DNA of 53,811 nt from an uncultured archaeon (GTDB taxonomy: Archaea > Thermoplasmatota > Penumbrarchaeia > JASLWR01). A model generated the notes under the pieces. That model had not been told where the DNA came from. It saw only the letters and a list, made by a program, of their open reading frames with translations, and searched no databases. Position numbers and translations under genes: made by a program. The first letter of the stretch is position 1. The number at the start of each line of letters is the position of its first letter. Location of the stretch: positions 1-53,811 of the forward strand of contig CAYSHM010000021.1 in assembly GCA_964430885.1 (NCBI GenBank). Direction: 5' to 3'. This document shows positions 28,603 through 38,285 of the stretch, in pieces.

Positions 28603-29541
28603 ATGAAGAAAAGGGATAACATTACTGCAAATGCTGCAGCAGAAATGATCACACAGCAACCGGAACAATTCGACAAAGTTTTAAGCTATCTTCTTTATGA
28701 AAAGTCATTGGTAACTTTCGATGATGGAAGAAGGATCAACTTCTATTTGGATCTGGCAAAAAGCCTGTCGACAGGCACACATATCTCTATCGCTAATAGA
28801 TTCGATAGAATGGTTTCCATAGTCTTTGAACTTGTACTTTCGAAGAAGGTGGATCCCTGGAATATCGACCTGATAACCTTTGCAAGAGAGTATCTGAAAC
28901 TGCTGAAAAGGGAAAATGAATTGGATCTTTTCACAATAGGAAAAATGGTCTTTATGGCGTGGGGTATTCTAAAGGAAAAGACCGACCTTATTGTTGAAGA
29001 AGCTGAGAGAGACCGATATGAGGAGGAAGAAGTGGATCTGGGGCCCATGGATTACGAGATAGAATTCAGCGAGGAATTACTGGAACCTATAATTGAGAAT
29101 ACCTTTGCCGGCAATACCGAAGCAGCCATATCTGAAATAGCTTGGAGAAACAGCAACAGATCGGCGACATTGCTGGATGTGGTGGATGCTCTAGCTGATG
29201 CTGTTGAAGAGTCTGAACGAAGAAAGGTGATAGAGGAAAGAAGAAAAAAACTCCGGGCGCACATGGTGTCCGAAAGCACTATGAAGAAGGAAATAAAGGA
29301 TAATTTCCATGAGGACAATATTGAACAGGATAAGGATATCATTTGGCAGAGGATCAACCAATTTAATGGACAGCCTATTCCCTTCTCTAACATATGCAAC
29401 TTCAGGGATAGAACCGATGTGATAACTGCTCTAGTTTCCAGCGTACATCTGGCACAGGATGAACGTATCAATCTTTGGCAGAACAACTTCCCTCACGGCG
29501 AGATTTTCATAAAGAACATGTTGATTAAAAAGAACACATAG
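28603..29541 (+). CDS. scpA: Segregation/condensation protein A (kleisin)
   Basis: VDPWNIDLITFAREYL, TLLDVVDAL, C-terminal VHLAQDERINLWQNNFPHGEIFI. Confidence 0.88.
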   Translation: MKKRDNITANAAAEMITQQPEQFDKVLSYLLYEKSLVTFDDGRRINFYLDLAKSLSTGTHISIANRFDRMVSIVFELVLSKKVDPWNIDLITFAREYLKLLKRENELDLFTIGKMVFMAWGILKEKTDLIVEEAERDRYEEEEVDLGPMDYEIEFSEELLEPIIENTFAGNTEAAISEIAWRNSNRSATLLDVVDALADAVEESERRKVIEERRKKLRAHMVSESTMKKEIKDNFHEDNIEQDKDIIWQRINQFNGQPIPFSNICNFRDRTDVITALVSSVHLAQDERINLWQNNFPHGEIFIKNMLIKKNT

Positions 29542-29542
29542 G

Positions 29543-30127
29543 ATGGTGTTCAATCTGGATGAAAAAATGTATTTCATAGAAGGGGCTTTATTCTCTTCAG
29601 GCAAACCCCTTTCTGTAGATGAACTGTCTAAAAAACTAGGTATAGATAAGAAAGGCATAAGAAAGGGGCTGAGAAAATTGATGTCCCTTTACAGGAATAG
29701 GAAGTCCGCACTCAAGATTTCCAAGGTAGGAAAAAAATACGGTATGATGATAAAGCAGGAATATGACAGTGTGACTCAGGATTTCACTCCTACTTCCATA
29801 CCAAATGAGAGACTTCAGGTATTGGCACTCATTGCTTATAAACAACCGGTGAAACAGAGCCACATGGTCAAATTACTAGGTTACAAAATATATAATCATG
29901 TGAAAGAATTACGTAAGATGAATCTCATTTACCGAAATAAGGAAGGGCTGACATATACCCTTTCAACAACAAAGAAGTTCTGCGAGCGTTTCGGAATACC
30001 CAGTACTAAGACTGAAGATGTCAGAGAATGGGTGAAAAAACAGTTCAGTAAATATTACGAGGAAATATATTCCAAAAAGGGCGCCGAGGTAAATGATGAA
30101 GGATCGAACAATGAAATGGAGGAATAA
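29543..30127 (+). CDS. scpB: SMC-Scp complex subunit ScpB
   Basis: IEGALFSSGKPLSVDEL, LALIAYKQPVKQS, TTKKFCERFG. Confidence 0.93.
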   Translation: MVFNLDEKMYFIEGALFSSGKPLSVDELSKKLGIDKKGIRKGLRKLMSLYRNRKSALKISKVGKKYGMMIKQEYDSVTQDFTPTSIPNERLQVLALIAYKQPVKQSHMVKLLGYKIYNHVKELRKMNLIYRNKEGLTYTLSTTKKFCERFGIPSTKTEDVREWVKKQFSKYYEEIYSKKGAEVNDEGSNNEMEE

Positions 30128-30399
30128 CAACCTCGATCTGAAATCCCTCAGCATCTAATGGCATCTTACCTTTTGGTCACCGACTAGCAATGTTGTTAAT
30201 TTTTGAAAATACTCCCAACATTTTAATTGGCGGTTTGTAAACATTTTTATTAGCCTAAAAAATTTTGGTTGACTTAGATTTCACAAGGGGACAATAATTT
30301 AAATACTAATAACATTATAAACCGGAACTGATTTCTACACATATCATTATACAAAGGATCAGTATATCCATGTAGATAAAAGGAACTCGGTGATTCATT

Positions 30400-33213
30400 A
30401 TGAAAAAGAACGGTCTATTAATTAAAACAAAAGCAATATTGTTCACAATGATATTGGCATTTTCATGTTTACTCAGCTGCAATATTTTATTCTATACGTC
30501 AGCGGGAGAGAAACCGATATTCGGAACAGTTTGGGATTCTAACGTTACCACAGATGGCAATAACATTTTGATCTCGGTAAATATCACAACCCACTCAGGT
30601 ATGGAGACCCTTTCCCCCACAAATGCCTCGATTAAATTAAACTTTACAATTCATACCTCTGGCGGAGATGATATCCATAATAAGAATTGGCCAGTTACCA
30701 ATTCCACAGAAGAGAACTGGACCATTACAATACCCGCCTCCTTTATTCCCGTAGATGGTATACAATTAGAATATAATTTTACTGCCGTTAATACAAGCGA
30801 TATGGCTGCTGGAGTGGGCAGATTAAATAACCAGACAATTGATATCTCCGATGTTACTCCTCCTTCTGCTATTGGCAAGGTATTTACTGCCGAGGAACCC
30901 GCCCATGTTCCAACCATTGACGTCCTTGTCGGTACCGAGGTCACCCTGAATGGTGCTGAAAGTACCGATAATATCGGTGTAACAAGCTACACATGGACAA
31001 TTCCTGGTCTGACACCTGATCCAACTGGAGTGGAAGTATCGCACACATTTACAACGGCAGGTGCAAAAATCGTCACACTCAATGTGACCGATGCAGCAGG
31101 CAACTGGGACACTGGAACTGTTACGGTGAATGTTCAGGAAATTCCAATATTGTATGAGAACATAGACCTCTATGTCGCCCAGATGAGCGAAATAATGGAA
31201 GATTCGGGTTACAATAATATATCTCTTGAGGACAATGGCAACAGCACAGGATATATATTCAACTACACAGGTGCTGATGCAGTAAGCTACACCGTGTTTG
31301 ATGCCGATGACAACCTGCCAAACGGGTGGGGAACAAGCTATGACAGCGACAATTTCACCGGTGAGATAATTCATCAGGACGGTATCAAGATATTCCAGTT
31401 AATGCCAAAGGAGGATGTTTATTTCCCTGATGGAGCCGTTGAAAACATCTCCTTCAAAGCCAGCAACACCGTAGGTGATGTGATATATAATATCTCGTTC
31501 ATAATAGTAGGGACCAATGATGCTCCCCTAATCACTACTCCTGACATGAATGGAACTGTGACAATATCTGAGGGAAGCGAACAGACCATCGTCGTTAAAG
31601 CAAAGGATGAAAAGGATCCCATGGATGTTCTATCATTATCTACTAATATCTCATTCGAGATCCCCGGACTTGTTACAGAGGTTGTGAACACAACTTATGA
31701 CAATATTACCAATGAATATACATTCAAACTAAACCTCACTCCTAGTAATGATATGGTGGGAGATTATCCTGTAAGTATCATGGTTACCGATGATTCGGGT
31801 TCTGCTTCTAGTGACGATCCTATCACATCCTACAACAATATTACTCTCCTGATCAGCAACGTAAATGATGCTCCGATCTTTGACGGTTTTATCATGGATG
31901 AGGAAGAAGGGGACGAGGATGAAGGCACTATCCTGTTTAACATCAACGAGGACCAGGAAATTAATATTACCATTACTGCAGACGATCCTGATCTGATACA
32001 CGGATTTGAGGAGCTCAGCTTCGATGTGGAGGATTCTGAAAACCTGAGTTTTGATGAAGATGAGAATATTGAGCAGGTCAGTCCTATAAGCGCTAATTAC
32101 ACAATAAAGGGGCTTAAGGACTTCAATGGAATTGCTTGGATTAACGTCTCTCTCAGTGATAAGACTGGCCTCACCATATATAAAATGATAATGATAACGG
32201 TTAAAGCCAAGAACGATGCCCCGTCAATTGACGATCTTTCATTGACTGTGAACAAAACTAAATACAAGGAACCAACCAAGGATATCCCAACCTACGAGTA
32301 CAACTTCACATTGTTCCACCAGGGCAGCAAGTTCAACAGCACAGCTCTGAAAGATATTGACGGCGACACCTTGACCTTCCAGTGGTATTTAGCTATGGAA
32401 AAGAACGGCACTTCCGCTCCGAATTGGAATGCTTCAAAGGATGGGCTGAAGATCACTCAGAAATTAAATCCTGGAAAGAACTATACTATCTGGATCAGAG
32501 TATCTGATGGAAACGGCGGATTTGATGTGAAGGACTTATCCAGAATAAAAGTTCCTGCATGGACACCCCCCAAGGCCAAATCCGATGATGGCGGGGGAAA
32601 CCTCATGCTGATAATTATCATCATAGTAATAGTTCTGGTTATTGTCGGTGTCGTGGTGGTCCTCATGATGAAGAAGAAAGGAAAGAAGGAACCGGAAGAT
32701 GATCTTCTAGCTCCTGTCCCAGATGGTGTTCCCTGCTCGAATTGCGGATCAAACGTCCCCATGGACCAACCCGCTTGTCCTGCCTGCGGAACCCCCATGA
32801 TGCCTCCGGGCCAGGCCGGCCCAAGCATATTCCCATGCAATGTATGCGGTGCTATGATCCAATCCGGACAGCCTGCCTGCGGTAATTGCGGTACGCCAGT
32901 ACCACCTAACCAGATGCAGCAGCAACCAGCTCCAGGTATGGATCCCTACGGACAACAGCCGGCCCCTGGCATGGATCCCTACGGACAACAGCCGGCCCCT
33001 GGCATGGATCCCTACGGACAGCCCCCGGCCCCTGGCATGGACCCCTATGGACAACAGCCGCCTATGCAGCAGCAGCCTCAATACGGACAACAGCCACCTA
33101 TGCAACAGCAGCCTCCTCCTCAACCAGGTATGGGAGGCGGCGCATGTCCCTATTGCGGAACTCCCGTAGATCCCAATTGGTATCTTTGTCCAAATTGTAA
33201 GAACCAATTGTAA
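30400..33213 (+). CDS. Secreted/surface protein: PKD and cadherin-like domains, TM helix, three double zinc ribbons and a Q/P/G/M/Y-rich repeat tail
   Basis: N-terminal hydrophobic signal; STDNIGVTSYTW PKD; NDAP cadherin-like linkers; TM LIIIIIVIVLVIVGVVVVLMM followed by KKK; CxxC pairs. Confidence 0.85.
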   Translation: MKKNGLLIKTKAILFTMILAFSCLLSCNILFYTSAGEKPIFGTVWDSNVTTDGNNILISVNITTHSGMETLSPTNASIKLNFTIHTSGGDDIHNKNWPVTNSTEENWTITIPASFIPVDGIQLEYNFTAVNTSDMAAGVGRLNNQTIDISDVTPPSAIGKVFTAEEPAHVPTIDVLVGTEVTLNGAESTDNIGVTSYTWTIPGLTPDPTGVEVSHTFTTAGAKIVTLNVTDAAGNWDTGTVTVNVQEIPILYENIDLYVAQMSEIMEDSGYNNISLEDNGNSTGYIFNYTGADAVSYTVFDADDNLPNGWGTSYDSDNFTGEIIHQDGIKIFQLMPKEDVYFPDGAVENISFKASNTVGDVIYNISFIIVGTNDAPLITTPDMNGTVTISEGSEQTIVVKAKDEKDPMDVLSLSTNISFEIPGLVTEVVNTTYDNITNEYTFKLNLTPSNDMVGDYPVSIMVTDDSGSASSDDPITSYNNITLLISNVNDAPIFDGFIMDEEEGDEDEGTILFNINEDQEINITITADDPDLIHGFEELSFDVEDSENLSFDEDENIEQVSPISANYTIKGLKDFNGIAWINVSLSDKTGLTIYKMIMITVKAKNDAPSIDDLSLTVNKTKYKEPTKDIPTYEYNFTLFHQGSKFNSTALKDIDGDTLTFQWYLAMEKNGTSAPNWNASKDGLKITQKLNPGKNYTIWIRVSDGNGGFDVKDLSRIKVPAWTPPKAKSDDGGGNLMLIIIIIVIVLVIVGVVVVLMMKKKGKKEPEDDLLAPVPDGVPCSNCGSNVPMDQPACPACGTPMMPPGQAGPSIFPCNVCGAMIQSGQPACGNCGTPVPPNQMQQQPAPGMDPYGQQPAPGMDPYGQQPAPGMDPYGQPPAPGMDPYGQQPPMQQQPQYGQQPPMQQQPPPQPGMGGGACPYCGTPVDPNWYLCPNCKNQL
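32926..33057 (+). repeat. Four 33-bp tandem coding repeats (PAPGMDPYGQQ)
   Basis: Units start at 32926, 32959, 32992 and 33025. Confidence 0.95.
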
Positions 33214-33252
33214 TCACTGGGCCAATTAGTATTACCAACGGGGGCAGCCGCC

Positions 33253-34764
33253 ATCTATATAGCAATTGACGATACGGATTCAATTAACGGAGGCTGTACC
33301 ACATTTTTTCTTCTTAAGACCATAGACGTATGTCTTGATCTAGGCTTCACACTGCTCAATTATCCTGCTCTGGTGAGATTGAATCCAAACATCCCATTCA
33401 AAACCAGAGGCAATGGGGCAGTGGTTTTTCAGGTATCCTGCACTATCACCCCTAAAGACCTGGAGAATCATTCGACCCAATCAGATAAAATCGGAGAACT
33501 GGATAAAAGGGAGATCTTCACACATCATCTGATTGACAATACAGATGATTCCATCGGTTCTAAGACTCAATTTACCCAAAAACACCCGCATCTGTTTGAG
33601 AAATTGAAATGCCTGGTGAATGAACTTTCCCATCACTCCCAAGATGGAACAAATCCTGGAATAATAGTAAGCTCGGATCTGTTTGAAATTGAATATTATA
33701 TAAATGCCATCAGGGAAGTAGTCTCCATACCTGATACAATGAAGGCACTAGAAGGGAGAAAAAATACCTGGTTCCATTTTTTAGGTAACGGCCGGGGACT
33801 GATCGGTTGTTTAGGAGCTATAGCCTGGTATCAGAACCTTAACGACTATGAACTGGACAGGACCTATGAGTTATTGAGCTATCGCAAATCCAAAAGAAGA
33901 GGAACTAGAAGAGTGTACAATACGAATCATGTGAGATCAATGGATGTACTGTTCCCGTCGACATTCGATAACTACGATCATATCAACAGGAAAGCCTTGA
34001 TATTCCCGAATACCCCTTGCCCTATACTATATGGTGTCAGAGGAGATGAGATGGATGAAATCAGAAAAGTTCTTGACTACTTGGACGTAGAACCTATTGT
34101 CGGCTGGTTGATTCTGATATCCAATCAAGGATCGGATGATCATCTTCAGAAGCAGAACATCCCCGATATCAGATGTTATACCTCTGTCATCACCAAGGGA
34201 ACAGTTACAAAGGCCCCATGGACAATAACCGGCGGTCATGTCTTTATTGAGATTTCCCATGGAAAAAAAGCCATCTTGGCAAGTGCTTTCGAACCCACAA
34301 AGACATTCAGGAATACCATAAGAAAGTTGGTAATAGGCGACGAGGTAGAGGTCTACGGCGGTGTCAAATCCAGGTGCAAGTCAGTTGAAGATATTGAGAA
34401 GATGAACTTAAGGAAAAACCTTGAAGGGAATTGGGTGGATACTGATTTCAAGCACGCACTATGCATAAATATTGAGAAGATACGCATTTATAACCTGATA
34501 AAGGTTATGAAAAAAACATCAAATCCCAAATGTCCTTTTTGCGGAAAAGGAATGAGGTCCATGGGTCGAAATATGGGTTTTAGATGTCGAAAATGCCATA
34601 ATAAGCTAGATGAAGAAAATGCTGTTTTTGAAGTTGTTGAACGGGGAATCGACGCAGGGACCTTATATGAAGTGGATGCTGTTGCCAGAAGGCATCTGGC
34701 TAAACCTCTGAAAAGAATGATGGGGTGTAAGGGTAAACCAGTTGGTGAAATAGTCAATATTTGA
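33253..34764 (+). CDS. tiaS: tRNA(Ile2) 2-agmatinylcytidine synthetase; the true N-terminus extends upstream of the ORF-track GTG (33373) and the start codon is uncertain
   Basis: In-frame IYIAIDDTDSINGGCTT..YPALVRLNPNIPFKTRGNGAV, GRGLIG, PCPILYGVRG, SNQGSDDHL, OB-fold GGHVF..FEPT, CPFC..CRKC, ARRHLAKP. Confidence 0.93.
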   Translation: MYIAIDDTDSINGGCTTFFLLKTIDVCLDLGFTLLNYPALVRLNPNIPFKTRGNGAVVFQVSCTITPKDLENHSTQSDKIGELDKREIFTHHLIDNTDDSIGSKTQFTQKHPHLFEKLKCLVNELSHHSQDGTNPGIIVSSDLFEIEYYINAIREVVSIPDTMKALEGRKNTWFHFLGNGRGLIGCLGAIAWYQNLNDYELDRTYELLSYRKSKRRGTRRVYNTNHVRSMDVLFPSTFDNYDHINRKALIFPNTPCPILYGVRGDEMDEIRKVLDYLDVEPIVGWLILISNQGSDDHLQKQNIPDIRCYTSVITKGTVTKAPWTITGGHVFIEISHGKKAILASAFEPTKTFRNTIRKLVIGDEVEVYGGVKSRCKSVEDIEKMNLRKNLEGNWVDTDFKHALCINIEKIRIYNLIKVMKKTSNPKCPFCGKGMRSMGRNMGFRCRKCHNKLDEENAVFEVVERGIDAGTLYEVDAVARRHLAKPLKRMMGCKGKPVGEIVNI

Positions 34765-34884
34765 TTTTTCACTATGTATTCGTCTGAGTTCAGATCAGGT
34801 TTAATTTAAGCTGGATTGTTCGACCTTTGTTCTAGAAATAATTTATACTATGAATAAAATCATCGTATTGGGTGTGAGGTACAT

Positions 34885-37053
34885 ATGTCAAGAAAAAAAA
34901 GCTGCATATTTCCACTTATATTTTCAATTTTCATTATTGCAAATATATTGACAATTTCCCTTTTCCATAGGGCTATTAACTATGAAAACAGTAATTCGAC
35001 CTGCGTTGAAATCCGCAGATTAGGAGCTAGTGATAACCCTATCAATTATGAACTCAAGAGGCCAGCACTACAGGTGGAAACCTACGTAGATGTTCTCTCC
35101 CCACCCGAGGCCTATCATGGTTATGATTACTTTATCTTTGGAATATTGTATGAAAAAGGAGGATCAGGATTGGATATTGGAGCCCCATATTGTCCCTTAC
35201 ATATATATTTAGGAAACGAACCCTTTGGTGAGGGATTCGTCACACAAACCAACGGCACTCCTGAGAACCAGGGCTGGTGGGAATATCCCATTCCCATGGA
35301 CATTGATGAGGGTGATTATGATGTATTTGTAGAGTTCCGCGGACAGGTTCTATTGAATGGCACCATATATGAATATGATCCCGATAACTTGACATTAGAC
35401 CCGGATTTGAACGAAAATGCCACCATGATAAGGTTTCCATCCAACGAGACCATTGGGATCCAGGTATTCTATAATTCCAACATCGAAGCCGAGATATCAG
35501 AGGTTTTCTTCACAGCTGGTGATTTTTTCTGGATCAACGGCAGTGTAACCGTAAATGAGACCAGGGAAGCTATACCAAATGCTGTTCTGATCCTCTATCT
35601 TGACGGAGATACAAAGGGGCAGATATCGACAGGGTCAACAGGTGAATTTCAGGAACAGCTTAAATTATCCAATTCCACAGACCCTGGAGGACATGTTCTA
35701 ACCTTGGAATACGGCCAATACGCATCTGATCAAAATGAGGACTATGGGAGCAGCTATGTAACCTGGGGCGTTCATTTTCAGCAGGCTGTAAAAATCGAGA
35801 TCGAGTATGGGATTTTTAAGACCGGAACTTCATTTTCTGTGAACGGATCGGTTCGGGATATAAGAGGAGAACCGATTTCAGACCCTTTGGACCCTCAGAA
35901 AGTATACCAAATTCATATGGCAATATTCAATCAAACCGATGATCGTTCCTATGATGTGGGCTTTTTCGATCTATCAAATGGAACTAATTTTACAGCCTCA
36001 GGATCAGTACCCAATTCGTTCCCTGGCGGAGATGCATTGATATTCATAGAATTCATAGGAGATATGTACCACGTGGGTGAAATCGAAAGTAAAACAATAG
36101 CTATTAAATCTATACTGAAGATCGATCTCACCACGGATGAAATTGAACTCCCTGTCCAAAATATTACTGGAAAGGTAACTGATATTTCTGGAAGAGGGAT
36201 CATAATAATTATCGAAGCATCCATGGAAGATGTGATCCACGGGATAGGGAAAACGGATATTGAAGGAAATTTCAATTTTCAGATCCAAATGACAGATGAT
36301 ATTGATGAAGGGGATTTAGTTATTTCCCTCACAACTGCAGAAAGCGTATATTATCCTTCAGTCGAACAGGATTTCACCATCAGGGTCAGTCCCACCGCAT
36401 TACCCTTGTGCGATCTGGCCATCCCAATAGATGAGCTGTTCATGGATTATACACAACCCTTGGATGGCAGCGGTGAACTGAATATTTCATTCACGGTTTA
36501 CAACCTTGGAAATATCCCATCAGAGAGTACTAATATTCAAATATTCAGAGGGGAAAAGCTGGATAGAACCATCTATCTGGATAAACTAAACAACGGCAGT
36601 AGAACCCATATCCTGATCAAATGGGACGTTGAGGATACATCGGATATTACGATAAGATGCGATCCGGACGGTCTCGTTAAAGAATTATCTGAAGATAATA
36701 ACAATATAAGCTTCAAAATACCTATTGAACTTTATGATCTAGATGGGGACGGGGAAATCAATTATAATGATGTTGATGACGAAGGTGACGGATTGGAGGA
36801 TGATTGGGAAATTGATAATCTCCTGAACCTATCAATAGACGATGCCAATCTGGACCCTGATAACGATGAGTTTACAAATATGGAAGAATTCCTCAATAAC
36901 ACAGACCCTTGGAATCCTGAGTCCTACCCAATAATCCAAGATGAGAATGAGGATGGAAATAACAACAGGTCCTTGTTGTTCATAATGATATTGATCATTA
37001 TAATCATATCCATTATTGGAGCTGCGTTTTTTATCCTTAGACGCAGGAATTAG
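34885..37053 (+). CDS. Membrane-anchored surface protein with Ig-like repeats, a CARDB domain and Asp-rich Ca-binding repeats
   Basis: N-terminal TM; TVYNLGN..CDPDGLVKELSEDNN CARDB; DLDGDG..DPDNDEFTNMEEF; C-terminal TM followed by RRRN. Confidence 0.8.
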   Translation: MSRKKSCIFPLIFSIFIIANILTISLFHRAINYENSNSTCVEIRRLGASDNPINYELKRPALQVETYVDVLSPPEAYHGYDYFIFGILYEKGGSGLDIGAPYCPLHIYLGNEPFGEGFVTQTNGTPENQGWWEYPIPMDIDEGDYDVFVEFRGQVLLNGTIYEYDPDNLTLDPDLNENATMIRFPSNETIGIQVFYNSNIEAEISEVFFTAGDFFWINGSVTVNETREAIPNAVLILYLDGDTKGQISTGSTGEFQEQLKLSNSTDPGGHVLTLEYGQYASDQNEDYGSSYVTWGVHFQQAVKIEIEYGIFKTGTSFSVNGSVRDIRGEPISDPLDPQKVYQIHMAIFNQTDDRSYDVGFFDLSNGTNFTASGSVPNSFPGGDALIFIEFIGDMYHVGEIESKTIAIKSILKIDLTTDEIELPVQNITGKVTDISGRGIIIIIEASMEDVIHGIGKTDIEGNFNFQIQMTDDIDEGDLVISLTTAESVYYPSVEQDFTIRVSPTALPLCDLAIPIDELFMDYTQPLDGSGELNISFTVYNLGNIPSESTNIQIFRGEKLDRTIYLDKLNNGSRTHILIKWDVEDTSDITIRCDPDGLVKELSEDNNNISFKIPIELYDLDGDGEINYNDVDDEGDGLEDDWEIDNLLNLSIDDANLDPDNDEFTNMEEFLNNTDPWNPESYPIIQDENEDGNNNRSLLFIMILIIIIISIIGAAFFILRRRN

Positions 37054-37196
37054 GATCAAATCCCTATAGCGATATTCATTTATCAATCATCTTATAATTA
37101 GCAAACTAACATATTTAGGCTTGAATAGAACTTTAGTTTAATTGTTGAACCGGGGCGAGATTTACTTTTACTTTCACTCACCTCCTATATTGAACC

Positions 37197-37204
37197 TTTA
37201 TAAA
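37197..37204 (+). promoter_or_regulatory. Putative TATA box of radA
   Basis: TTTATAAA about 35 nt upstream of the ATG; AAGGTGA SD at 37227-37233. Confidence 0.55.
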
Positions 37205-37238
37205 TATAAGCCCTATGATGATATTGAAGGTGATTTGA

Positions 37239-38264
37239 ATGGCCAAAAAGAATAAGAAAAATAAAGATGAAATTATTGTTGAGGTGGAATCCGATTCCTC
37301 CATAGATGAGAATGTTCCAAGTTTCAAGAACGATAATGTATCAGAACTTCCCGGGGTGGGGCCTGCTACACTAGATAAATTAATAGATGCCGGTTACACT
37401 GATCTCATGAGTATCGCAGTAGCATCCCCTTCAAATCTATCGGATCAATGTTCCATCGGTGAAGGAACTGCTGTCAAGATAATTAAATCCGCCAGGGAAA
37501 TGGCGGACATTGGCGGTTTCCAAACTGGCCTTGAAGTTTTAGAGAAAAGGAAAACAGTTGGTAAAATTAGCACTTCATCCAATGGACTGGATGAAATACT
37601 CGGAGGCGGGATTGAAACTCAAGCCATTTCAGAGTTTTTCGGAGAGTTCGGCACCGGAAAAACACAAATCGCCCACCAACTTGCAGTAAACGCTACTCTC
37701 CCCAAGGACCAGGGCGGTCTTGATAGTGACGTAGTTATAATTGATACTGAAAATACATTCCGCCCTGATAGAATAATCCAAGTCGCTGAAGGCGTGGGAT
37801 TGGACCCAAAATTGGTTATGAACCGTATTCATGTCGCTAGGGCATACAACTCCCATCATCAAATGCTTCTGGTAGGAAAGGCAGGTGAATTGGCTAAAAA
37901 GCATCATATAAAACTTCTCATAGTGGATTCACTTACAGCACACTTCCGATCAGAATATGTAGGCAGAGGCACTTTAGCAGAAAGACAGCAGAAATTGAAC
38001 AAGCATGTTCACGACCTTCAGAGCTTCTCTGATAAGCTCAACTGTGCCATAATGGTCACAAACCAGGTGATGTCAAAACCCGATGTTTTCTTCGGAGACC
38101 CCACAAAACCCATTGGAGGACACATACTCGCCCATGCATCAACATTCAGGTTATATCTTCGGAAATCAAAGGGTGACCGGAGAATAGCCAGGCTGGTTGA
38201 TTCGCCCTGTATGCCTGAGGCAGAGGCAGTCTTCCGATTGACAGGAGAAGGCATAAGGGATTAG
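37239..38264 (+). CDS. radA: DNA repair and recombination protein RadA
   Basis: Hh[18 protein letters not shown] Walker [37 protein letters not shown]; no intein. Confidence 0.98.
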   Translation: MAKKNKKNKDEIIVEVESDSSIDENVPSFKNDNVSELPGVGPATLDKLIDAGYTDLMSIAVASPSNLSDQCSIGEGTAVKIIKSAREMADIGGFQTGLEVLEKRKTVGKISTSSNGLDEILGGGIETQAISEFFGEFGTGKTQIAHQLAVNATLPKDQGGLDSDVVIIDTENTFRPDRIIQVAEGVGLDPKLVMNRIHVARAYNSHHQMLLVGKAGELAKKHHIKLLIVDSLTAHFRSEYVGRGTLAERQQKLNKHVHDLQSFSDKLNCAIMVTNQVMSKPDVFFGDPTKPIGGHILAHASTFRLYLRKSKGDRRIARLVDSPCMPEAEAVFRLTGEGIRD

Positions 38265-38285
38265 TTCTGGAGAAATTTCTTTCGC

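Noticed and set aside
33170-33230. Repeated CCAATTG-like words around the stop codon before tiaS
   Set aside because: Mostly explained by Pro-Asn-Trp/Cys and Gln-Leu codons; irregular spacing
33373-33375. GTG as the tiaS start
   Set aside because: It would delete the conserved DDTDS/GxCTT catalytic N-terminus encoded in frame upstream
25923-38264. Inteins in XPD or RadA
   Set aside because: No C/S...HN-C/S/T splice junctions or LAGLIDADG motifs; RadA is normal length
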